Assembly (NCBI GenBank): GCA_016748015.1
Contig: JAAOMT010000223.1
Location: 62,752-126,751 of the forward strand
Source: Geosiphon pyriformis uo1
Taxonomy: Eukaryota; Fungi; Glomeromycota
Direction: 5' to 3'
DNA length: 64,000 bases
The notes beneath the pieces are model-generated. The model saw only the letters and a list, made by a program, of their open reading frames with translations. It had not been told where the DNA came from and made no database searches. The position numbers and the translations under genes are program-made. This document shows, piece by piece, positions 1-13,383 of the stretch; positions within the stretch are counted from its first letter, which is position 1, and the number at the start of each line of letters is the position of its first letter.

Positions 1-3000
1 AAACTAAAAAAATAGATTAAGTTTTGAATTATAAACAGATTTTCAGATGTAAAAGTTTTTATTTTTGGTTCAGACACTAATTATTTAGATTTAAAAGTAA
101 CAATAATAATAAATAATATTTTTGTTTAATATATATGCAAAGTTTTTAAAATTTTTAGTCATCTTTTTTAATTTATCTGTTATTTGACAATAAACTTTTA
201 ATAATAATACTGAGTTTATATGTTAATATTTTTGTTAGTATATATTTTGATTGAATTTGTAAAATAAATTTATATATTGTTAAAGCAGTTAATTTAAGTT
301 TTTATGTAATATTAAGTGGTAATTTTAATAAAAATATAATAAAATAAAATATAAATCTGAAAAAATATTTTAATTTAGATTTGTATAATTTTCTTTCAAA
401 TAATTTTGTTGTTAAACTTCTAATTTAAAATAATTTAAAAAGTATAAAAAGACTATAAATTATATTTTTATTAATAAATATTTTTTGATGGCTGTAGTTA
501 ATCAAAAAATTAATAGTGTATTTGATTTCTTTAATATTGATCACATGGCTGTTATAATTTCTTTTAACTTAAGTGGTTTTTTAAATAAATATTTAAATAA
601 AATTTAGAAATATGCTAATAAAAATTAATAAAAGTTTAAGATTAAAAATATGAATTATGCCAAATAAACATGTTTTAAGAAAGTCTTTTTTGCTAAGTTT
701 TTAATAGTAATAAATAAGTTTGTAAATATAAAAATTCTTGATAATTTAGATGTTATATAGAAAATATTAAAAAAAATAATAATAAATTTAGCTAATTTGA
801 TATTTTTTAGACATTAATTTAGCAAGTTTAAGTGTTTAAAAAACTAAAGTTTTTTGGATTAAAATAGCTAATAACTAAGATTATAAAGAAATTAAGCTTA
901 AACAACAGACTTAAATGTGATTATTTCATTAAAAGATAGTCTACTATTAATGATAAAAAGTTTTTTAAAGTTAATAAAATTATAATAAAAAAAGCAAAAA
1001 GTATTTATAGTGCTGTTTAATTTGTAATCTTATTAGTATATACTATTAAGTTATATAAAAGAAGATATTTTTTTTAGTATAATAAGTAAAATTTGAATAA
1101 ATAAATTAGTTTTAATTATTGATAATCTATTTAATAACAAGATTGTCAGTTTGTTTAAAATATTAAATAAACTTTAAAAACATTATAATAACATATTAAT
1201 AAGATGTTTTTTGAATCTAATAAACTTTTATTTAACTTTTGACAATGTTTTAGTTTTTTTGAAAAACAGTATAAGTTTTAATAATTTTCAAGTTTTATAA
1301 TTGGAATATTATTTTTACAAATATATAGCTTATTGTATTTATTAAGATAACTAAAAAAATTTTTGACAAAATTTTTTTGATTTGTATTTTTTTGCTTATA
1401 ATAAATATAATGTTTTTTAAAATGCCAATTTCTTGGTTTTGAAAGATACTTTGACCCAATTTTTTGTGTTTGCAATTGGTTTGATAATAAAAAATACTTT
1501 AAAAAAAAGTTAAGAATTTTAATTGGTTTAATAAAATGTGTGTAAAACATATAATTTAGTTAATTAATATTATTTAGAAACTAGTTTGAAGTATATGTTA
1601 GAAATAAAATATTATGATTAAAAAAAGATTTATATTTAAAACCAATTTGCTCAAAAAATTTTTTAATCAAACTTTATACTATTTATTTCTGTATAAATTA
1701 AAGTTTTTTAAACAGATATAAACAGAAAGTAAAATAACTTTAGTAGTTTGGTTTTTTAATACAATTAAAATTCTTGGCCAATTATTTAAACACTACTTTT
1801 TAGATTTGCAAGTTTTAGAATAGATATTTATAAACTTACTATAGTACTCAATTAAGGTAAAAATTAGTCCTGTAAATAATTATTTGGTAAACATTGTAAA
1901 ATTTTTTCTAAATAATCAGATTTCTTTAATCAACAACTTATTTAGCATATTTTGTAGTTTTTATTACTTTTTAATATCCAAGATTTTGGAATATTTTTAT
2001 TATTTTAAGATAATTTACTCTTTGAAATATTTTAGTGTTGTTTTCAGAAACAAGTTATTAAATAAACAAAAATTAATTGTAAATTAAAAAATTTTTTATT
2101 ATTAAAAAAAATTAAATCTTAGAGACTTAATACTATTATAACTTAAAAAAACTTTAGTTTTTATAAATAATTTCTTATTAAACCTAATAAAATTGCTCTT
2201 ATTTTTAATTGGTTAAATTTTTTGTGTTTAAGAAAATTTTTGAATATTTAAAAATATTTGCATAGATTATAAACAAGTATTTTTAATGTTTATATTAATA
2301 ATTTTTTAAAATATTTAAATATGGTAAAGGTGGTTAGTAAAATAATAGCTTATTTTTTTAATAGTAAAATAGATATAAATATAAAGATACATAAATTATT
2401 GTTTTTAATGATATTGAAATTACAAATAATTGTTTTAATATTAAAATGTATTTTTTTTTCTGCTTAATAATTTTGCATATAAACAGTTAAGCTATTATAA
2501 ATATATGTGTTTTAGATTTTAAGTTTTATCTATTTAATTTTTGAAATAAGTATTAAATAGAAAGATATTATATGACTAATTTTAATTAAATTGAAAAATA
2601 TTTTTGTTAAATAGGTAAAAATTAAAAATTATTTGAAAAATACAGAAAATAACTGAACTGATGTTTTTGTATATATTACTATATAGTCTTGGGTTATTTT
2701 TTCTATTGAAATTTGCAAAAAATTTATTGTGGCTAATAATTAAGTCATATTAAAAAATACTTATTACTTTGTTTATAATATCTATCAGATTATAGACTGA
2801 ACTAGTATGACTGTAGTTTGATATTTAAACTTTTACATGGTTTCAAAGTTTGCTAACAAGACTTTAACTGTTTTTGGGATATATTTAATAAAAACAGTCT
2901 ATAAAAAATTATTAATTATAATTAGAAAAAAACTTTGTAATAAAAGTTATTTAAATATTTTGTGTTTAAGGTGTAATAATATTAAACTATTTAATTATGT

Positions 3001-3490
3001 TTTTATGTGTTCAAGAAATGTTTTTATTTGTTCTAAAATTCTGTTGAATTATATTAATTTATAAAAGTCTTTGATAAAATCTTATTTTCTGTTATTATTC
3101 TTGGTATTGTATATTTTTTTTTGAAAATTTTGTGTAAAAACTTTGTTTTTAAGAACTGGACTAATAAGACAGTATTAATTTTTAGTAATAAAAAAAAAAC
3201 TGTTTTAGTGGTGATTGATTTTATTTATTATTTAGTCGAAAAATATAGTAGTAAATTATAGTTGTTTAGATTAAAGTTCAGGGTAAATATAGAAAAAAGT
3301 GATTTAATTGATAATATAAATATAATAACTGTTGGTTTTGAAATTTTTTTAGTGTTTTGTTAGTTAAAGTTGTTCATTTGCTTAATATTATTAAGTTTTT
3401 TACTGTTAGTTTTAAATTGTACAAAGTTTATTTATTTTTTTTAAGTATTGTTAATAATATAGAAATTTATATAAGTATATAGTATTGTTT
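1..3490 (+). mobile_element. Heavily decayed non-LTR retrotransposon (LINE) ORF2 relic: APE endonuclease end, RT, RNase H, C-terminal CCHC
   Basis: Reading through stops on + gives ordered relic motifs: 'DFFNIDHMAV' at ~525-555 (SDH-type end of the APE domain); 'NANFLVLKDTLTQFFVFAIGLIIKNTLKKS*EF*LV**NVCKTYNLV' at ~1420-1560 (degraded D-x-x-K-A-Y-D RT motif region); 'VKIKNYLKNTENN*TD' at ~2615-2660 (degraded KVKGHSG..GN..AD RNase H motif); 'CLRCNNIKLFNYVFMC' in ORF 2837-3064 (CxxC..H..C). Boundaries approximate. Confidence 0.75.
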
Positions 3491-4099
3491 TGATTGGTTC
3501 AAGTGGCTGTTCATATGTAGTAAACATATAAATCATATTTAATTAGATTTACTTAGTTTGTTTCTGTATATTAAATAATGATTGGACTGTACTTATTAAA
3601 TATAGAAGTAAAAAATTAATTAATTTTGTTATTTTGTTATTTTTTTATTTAAATAATATTATATACAAAAAAAAGTTTTTAAAGTTAACATAATTTATAA
3701 AATAAATTTGATTATACCAAAAATAACAAGTTTAATAATATTAAATTAAAGAAAAAAATTGCAATTTAAAATATAATATTAACTAATTTAGATAACTGGT
3801 TACATACAAACAAAACATAATCAAATTTTGTTTTTTTATAAATTGTTAATATTAATATTTTAAACTTAAAATTATTACAAATTAAAATAAGCATCGCATA
3901 TTTTTTATTCAAAAAATAATGTATTATTTAAAAATCTGAAATAAAAAATACAGTTATTAACAGCTAAAAAAATAAAATACTTTTTTAATTCCGAAAATAT
4001 AAAAAAACAAAGATAAACATGACAAATTTAAAAATTAAGATTGATTTAAGCAAATAATAAAACTTGTATAACACAATTGTACATCAGTAATTTAAAAAT

Positions 4100-5697
4100 C
4101 TAAGCTTGCATTATAGATAATTGCTCCTCTGGCAAATTAAACCATTCATCTTTTAGAGCATCATTTGCAGTCGGTCGACTATTAGAATTTTTGTTCATCA
4201 ATTTTTCCCTAAACTGTTGAGCGGATGAAGAAAGTGAAATATGGTTGTAAATTATAGTATGTTTGAAAAGATTTCCAACCATCCATATATCTCCTGCAGC
4301 GCTANNNNNNNNNNNNNNNNNNNNNNNNNNNNNNNNNNNNNNNNNNNNNNNNNNNNNNNNNNCGAATATCCCGATGGACGACGTTCATCTTATGAAGTTT
4401 TTCTAGCGTTACAAGTACATGCCGTATAGCATCTCGCAGCTCGGGTTCACATTCAGGAAATGTCTTAAAGCCAACTGGAGCCAAATGTACTACCACTGAG
4501 TGATTTGTAAGGTAATAGTCAAGAACCTTGATTGGCTCTAAGCCTGGAAGCGTATTTTGGTAAAAATTTTTATGGAAACCTAGATCAACAATGCTTGTTT
4601 TGTCTATTTTTTTAATGATCTTGTCGAGGAGTATTGTAACAACACAATGTGACCGTTGGATATCATCGAATAGCCTCAATATTGGAGCTGTGATGTACTG
4701 ATCTCGACACAAAGTCCGAAGAATCCGAAAAAAATTGATTGTGTACTTAAGCACTTGATAGTTGTATCCTCGGTTTGAACTGTTAAGGACCAGATGTTCG
4801 CCAATTGTCTGACGTCTTGGTATCACGCCCGTTGTATCATCCACGTAATAATAGTAAAATTGCAAATGTGTGCCCCCCANNNNNNNNNNNNNNNNNNNNN
4901 NNNNNNNNNNNNNNNNNNNNNNNNNNNNNNNNNNNNNNNNNNNNNNNNNNNNNNNNNNNNNNNNNNNNNNNNNNNNNNNNNNNNNNNNNNNNNNNNNNNN
5001 NNNNNNNNNNNNNNNNNNNNNNNNNNNNNNNNNNNNNNNNNNNNNNNNNNNNNNNNNNNNNNNNNNNNNNNNNNNNNNNNNNNNNNNNNNNNNNNNNNNN
5101 NNNNNNNNNNNNNNNNNNNNNNNNNNNNNNNNNNNNNNNNNNNNNNNNNNNNNNNNNNNNNNNNNNNNNNNNNNNNNNNNNNNNNNNNNNNNNNNNNNNN
5201 NGTTCAACTGGCAATTTTTGAAGTAACTTTGAGGTAAAACAGTTTTCAAGATTGCTGCGTGTGATTGGTTCATCGAAGGGACGACAGAGAAGTTCTAGAA
5301 ATGATGAGGTGTTGTCAGGCATGTCAAGTCTAGCACGCTTCGCAAGGTGTTCTAGAATAACCATAGAAAATAGAAAGTAATAAGCGTTATACACCAAATA
5401 TTCTCTTAGATATGGATATTCCTTCCATAAAACGCATATGATTACAAAATGAATGAATAGTAATATAGATTGTATGGATGGAAAAGTGGAATTTACAAAT
5501 TTGTTACCTGTATCATCTATTGCTGCACGTAGTTTTTCTGCCCATTTTCGCAGCTCCTCCTTCCACTCGTCCTTCTGTATCTCCAGCTTTTTTTCTTGCT
5601 TTTCCAGATCTTCCTTTTCTTCTATCCATGCCTCTTTTTCATCAGTATCCGTCCACTTTTTTACTCTCAGATTCCTCTTCAACTCTTCTAATCTATT
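4100..5697 (-). pseudogene. 5'-truncated Crinkler-like kinase-fold gene (paralog of 13384-15457), interrupted by two assembly gaps
   Basis: Coiled-coil exon (NRLEELK...KKWTDTDEKEAW...KWAEKLRAAIDDT), GT-AG intron 5507-5352, then 'EHLAKRARL...LLQKLPVE', 'INFFRILRTL', 'LEKLHKMNVVHRDI', 'GDIWMVGNL...RPTANDALKDEWF' and a stop at 4100. Homology to the paralog stops at 5697. No ATG (the ORF-track start at 5727 is TTG). Confidence 0.75.
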
Positions 5698-6556
5698 AAA
5701 GATACCAACAAATCTATTTCTATACAAACTATTTGAAATGAATTAGCTTAAGAAGAACTTCACTTGTGCATTCCTTGTCTCAAGCCATTAATTTCCAAAT
5801 CAAATAAAGAAAAACATTTACAATGGGCTCATACTTATGAAAATTGGACAGTAGAAGATTTTAAACAAGTTGTTTGGTCAGATGAATCTACATATATACA
5901 ATTTAGAACTACAAGATTTGGACATGTATAGTGTAAACCTTCCAAAGAGTTTTATAAGGATTGTATTACAGTCACAGTTAGAAAAAGCTTTGGTCACATG
6001 TTTTGGGAATGTTTTTTATGGATTGGTTTGGGTCTTTTAGTTCTTTTGATTGGTCATATTACTGGAGTTATACACCACAAAACTTTGGCTAATTATGCAA
6101 TTTCTATGGTAAAACTTTATGCAAAAAAAACTAAAAAAAAGTTTTTTTTTCAGAAAGACAATGCACCAATCTACACATCAAAAGTCGCGTGTTCTTTTCT
6201 TACTTCTTCAAATATTGAATTACTTCCTTGGCCAGCACAAAGTCCTGATATTACTCCAATAAAAAATTTTTGGTCATATATTGAAGTTAAAATTTGTCAA
6301 CATAATTCACAACTTTCAAATATTGTGGAATTAAAACAGTAGATTAAGGAAGAATGGGATACAATATCTGCAAATTACTATCATAATTTGATCAAGTCTA
6401 TGTTATGTCGAGTTCAAGCTATTCTTGAAGCAAATGAGGGTCAAACAAAATACTATCATGTATTTTAATATAATAATAAAAAATAAACAATTCATAAGTT
6501 AGTTCTTTTATATAACATATTATAAAAGTGTCCAATATTTTTTATACTCCCCTGTA
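5698..6556 (+). mobile_element. Tc1/mariner DNA transposon, left end missing, transposase pseudogene, right TIR present
   Basis: Transposase motifs 'KPLISKSNKEKHLQWA', 'WSDES', 'FQKDNAPIYTS', 'WPAQSPDITPIKNFW', 'SMLCRVQAILEANEGQTKY', with in-frame stops. The element ends ...ACTCCCCTG-TA at 6554-6556, the reverse complement of the TA-CAGGGG start typical of Tc1 TIRs. Confidence 0.9.
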
Positions 6557-8520
6557 TATTTTTATAATAATATTAAGTTAGAAAATATATTATTATCAAT
6601 TGTAAACAAACTTACATAAAGACCAAACATATTAATGTTCTTATAATTATTTTCAGTTTTTAAAGCAATTATTTTTTACTTTAACTTATCAATTGCTTTG
6701 TTAAAATATCCATATATACTAAAATTTTATTGACTTTAAGACCAAATATACTACTTAAAACCAAATTATTATTAATAAATTGTTCAAATACAGTAATTAA
6801 AAATTTAATTAACTTAATAATAAATTTAACTAAAGCAAAAAACTTAATCAAATTAAACTTCAAAAAGATCAACTAAGAAAAAACTACAAAAATATTAGTT
6901 ATTATATTAGCAAAAAAAATAAAACCAACTAAAAAATTAGAAATTAAAAAAAGCATAAAAGCAGTAGTTTTAACATAAAACTTAACATCAATAAAACAAA
7001 ACACAAAAGCCTTAAAAATCTTTGGAAAAAAAAATAGAAATACTATATAATTAACAGCCAAATAATTTAAGTTTTAATATTTAAAGCAGCATTAATATCT
7101 AAAAGTTTCTATATTTTCTTAAAGTACCAATTATAATAATAATTGTATCTAAATTACTTTATAAGTCAAACATAATCAGAATAAACTAAAAACAATAACC
7201 AAAATAAAATAAGTAAAAAATGAAACAAATTTGATTACTAACTTAAAAAATTATATTACTAATTTTATAAATAATGCAGCCAGAAAAAAAATTTCTCAAC
7301 TTGGTTTTGAACTTATTAAAATACAGAATAATCTCATTTTATTTATAAAAAGGAGAATTCTAATACTATTTTTGCTTAGTAAAACTAATCAATAATTCAA
7401 AACAGATATAACAGCATATAAAATTTTAAAATAAACAACTACATATTATCAAACACTAATAGACTTTAGTATAACATAAGAGATTTTATCAAATACACCA
7501 AAAACTATCTTAATATTAATAGCAAATATATCTAAAGATATATTATATAATATAATAGTAGCAAAAAAGAAACCAAACTCAGAAACTACTAAAAATTTGA
7601 CAATTTTAAGAGTAGTTAAGCAAACAAAACTTGTAAGCTTAACTAAAAAAGCTTTTAAAGACTTTTGAAAAACAAATTTTATACAAAAAAGTTTTATATT
7701 ATTTTTTAATACTATTTTTACATCTAAAAAATCATGTACAAATTAAAAACAGCCTTAATATAAACCAATTTAATCTTAAAAATAACATTAAATATCAGAG
7801 TAAAAACCACTTATCTAGCAAATTTTTAATAATTAAAAATAGTTTTCTAAGTATTATTAACAGTAATACCAAAAACTAATAAAAAAGATATTTTAGTTTT
7901 TATTTAATCAGTTCAGTTTTCAAAAATAAGTGATTTAACAAAAAACTATTGTTTTGTTTTTACAGTTAACAATAATTTGCTAAAAAATATTATATTTGAC
8001 AATACAACTAGTAGTTAATTTTAGTTTATTTTAGATAATAAACTAAATAATATAATAGAAATCTTATTTAAGATTTTATTAAAAACCACAAAAAATTTTA
8101 ATATACTAATAACAGAAATAAATAGTCATTTTTACTTTTTAAAATTATTGGTCTTTTTGATTATTTTTTCAAAAAAATAATGCTAACAATATCAAATATA
8201 TAAACTATGATAAAAAAAATCAGCTTTTTAATTAATCTGTTATTAAATACTTTTAGGCTTTTTGAAAAGATAAAAACAATATTAAGACTGATCTAAATAT
8301 GTTTTTTTAAAAAAATTATGACTGGTAAAAAACCAGTTAAAGATAAAAAAAATGTTTTAGTGGTTACTAAAAGCAGCTTTTTATTATTACTAACTAAAAA
8401 AAAGCTTTTAAGATGTTTTGCTTAACTGTTTTTACAACAAAAAAAACTTCTTTAGTTGAAACTTTGTGAAATACCAAAAAAAAGTACCAGTTGTAGCTTT
8501 TTTACTTTTTGCTCTAATTG
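6557..8520 (-). mobile_element. Decayed LINE ORF1 (gag-like) relic
   Basis: Minus strand reads 'IRAKSKKATTG...VVKTVKQNILKAF...LTGFLPV...SKSLKVFNNRLIKKLIF...KFAR*VVFTL...*LVLLSKNSIRILLFIN'. From memory this matches the ORF1-like repeat proteins that accompany the ORF2 family at 1-3490. Not verified by search. Confidence 0.6.
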
Positions 8521-9399
8521 TGATCATAAAATTAAGAAGACAAAAAGATTTTTTCAAAATATTATGTTTTTAAATAATAAAAATATTTAAGAGTAAAAGG
8601 ATAATTCTATATTTATAATTAAAGTTCAAAAATTTGGAAAATTTTTAATTTTAAAATATTGCTATAAAGTGTTTTAAATTTTAATTGATTTAATAAAATA
8701 ATTAAATAAATAATTTAAATTTTGAAAAAATTATTTCTTAAGAAATGTATATATTTTTCAAAAAATTTATTTTTAAGAATAAATTATTATTAAATTTTTT
8801 AATCAAATTATTTATTTATTGAAAGCTATTTAATGATATTAAAATGGTTTTTACTAATATTTTTATAAAAATTAAAAATAAACACAGTACTTATAACATA
8901 TTCAAAGCTTATAATGAATAAAACTAATTGAAAATTGTAAACAATATTTTATTAGATTAGAATTCACAAAATAATAAATGTGTATTATAATAAAACAAAT
9001 TAGAAAACAAACTTGTTTTTTAAATTCAAAGATACATAAAAACACTCGTATATAAGTAGATAATTATTAGATATCTGAACTTTGTTTTAAATAAATAAAT
9101 AAATAAATAATTTTTTTTTTAAATAAACAAAAATATTATATATACATTATAACTTTTGACATTTTTTTATTATATTTACATTAGTTAGAATTCAAGAGAA
9201 AAATTTCATCATTAATATATGGTAACTTAAAAGTAAGTTATCATATATAAATACAGATTATTATATTAAAAGTGCCAATTGAAACATATAATTATAACAG
9301 CTGTGGTATCTTTTATTAAAAACTACAAAATAATTTTTAACCTTCAGGTTTATTTTGAAATAATATGCAATTATAATTTTTAAGACTGATCACATAAAT

Positions 9400-9598
9400 T
9401 GCTTATACATTGAATTTGTTTTTTTGTTAAAATAATTAATCATTAAAATAAAGTTGTTCAGAAAGCAAAAAGTGAAAAAAATGTATCCGTTTTAAATTGC
9501 CAGATATTTCTATAGATTCTCTTCATAAATTTATTATACTCTGAATCTTTTACAAATTATTATCAACAATAAAAATTTTTTATTCCTTTGATTTCAAA
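9400..9598 (+). pseudogene. Possible BTB/POZ-domain remnant, 5' part of the TLDc gene
   Basis: Frameshifted 'QKAKSEKNVS/RFKLPDISIDSLHKFIIL', similar to the 'F.KPNIS...F..IL' segment of Glomeromycotina BTB-TLDc proteins. Weak; supported mainly by the adjacent TLDc domain. Confidence 0.35.
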
Positions 9599-10287
9599 TA
9601 GTGTTCCTCACGGTCCGGTTCGATCCGGATTTTAGCAAAGAACCTGACCCGAACCGGAAACCAGTTCGGGTCTAAGAATAGACCCGGACTCGACTGGAGT
9701 AAATCCGAACCGGACCCGGATCCGGATCTGGTCAAAATTATAATTAAAGATCTGCCGGAAGCCCAATTAATGAAATGTACTCAATTATATGAAATGGTCG
9801 ATTATGTTTTTATAATCCATTGTTTAACAAGATTAATAAATTCTTTGGAATTGAATAATTCATGATGGTAATTTATAGTCTAATAATTGTATATATTATT
9901 ATAAATTATATTAAAAATATCAAATTGAAAATATAATTTAACACTTACAGCTTTATTTTTTAACATATATAAAAACAGAAACTTTCTGTTTTATACTTGA
10001 TTCTTTTAATTCAGGTACTTTGTTTTTATGGAGAGATTTGAGATGTTTTCGAAAGCCTGAAGTTTGATCCATCATCTTGAATTTTTAAACTTTTGCCACA
10101 ATATTTACATATTGCAATTAATATATAATTAATCCATTTTTATCTTTAATTTGTTGTTATTTAAAGTGATTCCATACAAATGATCTATAAATAAATATAA
10201 TTAGCATATATACAAAATAAATTTAATATATAAATTTTTTAAATAAAAATATATTACCTATTAGAAGCTGTTTTACTTGATAATAAT

Positions 10288-10327
<40 letters not shown>

Positions 10328-10678
10328 CTTCTTCCTCTTTAGATTCATTCAAGTAAATTATATTTGTTTGTTGTTGAGTTTCATTGTAAGTTTCATCAAA
10401 AGAAATTGTAGATGGGCTTTTGACATTTTTTTATTATTTTAAACCAGTATATAAAAATTTTATAAAATAAAATAAAAACAAACGAAAAATAACTAGTTTA
10501 AATTTATGAAATTTGTGTATTATGAAAAGCAGCCAATCAACTTCATATTATTATTTTACAAGTTCGGGTCCGGGTATTATCGGTTCGGGTCTCTATTAAG
10601 ACCCGGGAACCGATTAGATCTGCAAAACTAGAGATCCGAACCGACCCGTTAGGTCGGGTCCGGGTCTGCGGAACACTA
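9599..10678 (-). mobile_element. Internally deleted (non-autonomous) hAT transposon with BED-finger transposase 5' end
   Basis: TIRs TAGTGTTCC(T)CA at 9599 and TG(C)GGAACACTA ending at 10678. Both ends have ~120 bp of clustered ACCCG/CCGAAC/CCGG subterminal repeats. Minus strand has an ATG at 10426 (MSKSPSTISF...poly-N), an intron, then 'RSFVWNHFK...AICKYCGKSLKIQDDGS/TSGFRKHLKSLH' (BED zinc finger). No catalytic domain. Confidence 0.88.
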
Positions 10679-10992
10679 TCATTGGATTCAAGGCAAAGAC
10701 AAAAATACTCCTTTTGAAGATCAACTTTGAAATCATTTTAAATTTTTATTTCGAGACAGTCTAAACGGATTCAATTCTGCTGATTTTCATCAGTTATGTG
10801 ATAATAAAGGAGCAAGAGTAAGCGTAATCAAAGTGAAAGGAACTGGTCAGCTTATTGGTGGCTGTAATTCACAATCGTGGCATTCTAGGAATGCTTGGTT
10901 GGAGGGAAAAGGGAGTTTTATTTTTTCCCTTGGAGATAGCAAAGTTGGAAATGCTAAACTTAGAAAATTTGCTAGCGGATGTGGACCTTATG
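10679..10992 (+). pseudogene. TLDc-domain fragment (BTB/POZ-BACK-TLDc family pseudogene)
   Basis: 'HWIQGKD...*NHFKFLFRDSLNGFNSADFHQLCDNKGARVSVIKVKGTGQLIGGCNSQSW...SFIFSL...GP' matches the TLDc consensus (LLYRGSRDGF...FH..CDNKG.T...IGGYNP..W). One in-frame stop; starts directly at the hAT TIR. Confidence 0.85.
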
Positions 10993-13383
10993 ATGAGTCC
11001 TTCATATTAATTAATAAATTTTAATAATTATGATAAAGTGAACAACTAAATTATTAATAGTTTTATTTTATCCCTTATTAGTAATCAGGATTAAAATATT
11101 GATGTCACAGATCACTCTTATCAAATTCCACATTAAAATAAGACATTTTTTATTTTTTGAAAATTCTTAAGATACAAAATGCTAGATTCTCCAAAATTTA
11201 TTTTTAATAACTGTAAAAAATACATAATTATATTGTTCAAATAAAAATTTAAATTATAAATACACCCAAAAACTTTTGTCAAAAAGTGACTCAGAAAGAA
11301 AAATAGCGCAATAGTTAACATTTGAATAATAAAGAATTCTACAACTTTCTTACAATGATGCCTGTTTTCCACGGAGTGAAAGGAAATGGTATGACAATAT
11401 AATCATTTATGTTTAATTAATAAAAAAATGAAATATTATTTTTCCCAACAAAATCAATCATACCATCCTAGCTATATGTATTTACTCTTAAAATCTCCCT
11501 AAATTTTTAACTTTTAAAGATATAATAAAACAGATGTCCTTAATTTATTAGCTAAATAAATCAATAATATTATATTTTAAATGTTTAAACAAAAATTTGT
11601 AATTCAATTAGCTACAAAAATTCTCTCTTTAATTTTAGAAATTTTATTTCAAATTTATTTTTATTTTTTATAATACTTAAATTTAGAACAATTTAAAAGA
11701 ATCTTGAGCGGTTTAATAAATTTATATTTCTTAGTGATGATTTTGTAACCAAATAATTTTCTGGAGTGAAAAGTTTTTTTGTTATTAAATATTTAAAAGC
11801 AAAATAATTAAACCTAATCCGAAATAGGGGATTGGGTTTTTGGCTTCCTAATCAATTGATCAAAAATATTATTTAAAAGAGCTAAATATTCAAGGAAGTA
11901 GGTAGAAAAGTATAAAATCTTTTTTATAATGTTAATTGAATATTTAAACAATCAATATTCTCGCATTAATAGTTGAAAGAGAATATTCATTTTGATTATA
12001 TATTCAAGATAATCTTGAATAAATTACATTTAATAAAAGTAAAATCATCAACTAGCTAAACTTAAAGAAAAATCTAATCCAAAATTTCAGAATTTTAAAA
12101 ACAATTTTTAAAATAATTTTTACTTTAAATGGTTTATTTAATTAACTGTCAAAATAAAATATTTTACAAGTATAAGAAATAATTACTGATTTTTTTATAA
12201 ATTTTTAAATTTTTAATCGAAGAAAATGAATTTTCTCTAATTGCAATTGCTATAATTGTATTAACACTAATAGCTCTATACTTATAGGAAAAATCTGGTG
12301 GTATTTATCTTTTTTGCAGCTATTTTATCATAATTAGTTTATAAAAACACTTAGCATTCCTATAATGAATCTCACTATAAGTTTATCAATCTTCACAAAT
12401 AATTTAATGACTCGACTTTATTATATCTTAATTTGGTTCCGTTTTAAATTGCAACTTTTAATGTGCTAAATATGCTTAAATACACTGATTAAAACTTTTT
12501 TTCTCAGTTAGATGTGAGAAAATATTCTTTTTTAATAAATTAATCAAAGAATAAAAGTATATTTTATCATATTGAGAAATGAACATAATAAATGCTCTAA
12601 TTAATATAGTTAAAGTTTTATGAAATATTTAAATAGTTATTATTTATTTATTTTATCAACCACTTGAAAAGTTTTTCGAAAAATATGGCATTACACTTAT
12701 TGAATCTCTCTTGACAAAATTCTTACAGGTTTCAATTATGAGCATATAGACGATTTTTATTAATTTTTTTGTTTTCCATGATTTGGATAAAAGAGAAAGG
12801 ATAAGAGATAAAATATGAATCAATTATTATGAAAAGGGTTTTTTAAAGTCTTATTTGATAGTATGTCAGGAAATTTTTTTTCCAACGAGTTTGTATTTGC
12901 ATCAGCATTGGTACAGTCAATACCTCAGAATAAGCAGAGCTTAATGTTTTAACACATAAATTCCAGAAATACACATGTAAAAGTAAAGTATTATTTACTT
13001 TATGCCAGACAACTTTTCAATCACACATAATATTGATATCAATTCATTTAAATAAGTGGTTACCAATTTCTACTGTAAAAGAATGTTTTGTGTGTAAACA
13101 GGAAGGAACTGCCATTCTCATCAAGCAAAGAGTCTAGGAACCAGCATATTCCTTTCTTTAAACATCCATACTGTATCAATTCTAAATTTAGCCAGTCTTC
13201 TCACTTTTGTCAAAAAAATTCTCAATAATGTAATGAGACTATACACATTACTTACTAATAAAGAATACAGAAAAGTTTCATTCGTTCACATTTTATTTTT
13301 ATCAATAATATTGTAGCGTCCTCAAGCTACATATACATTCATTAACAAATAAAGATCAAGTCACCAAATACATTATTTATAAC

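Noticed and set aside
4241-5273. Several overlapping ORFs containing X runs
   Set aside because: Gap-spanning artefacts; only the minus-strand Crinkler-like frame has motif support.
9601-9735. Clustered short GC-rich repeats as a CRISPR array or structured ncRNA
   Set aside because: No constant repeat-spacer periodicity; mirrored at 10560-10678 and bounded by TIRs, so they are hAT subterminal repeats.
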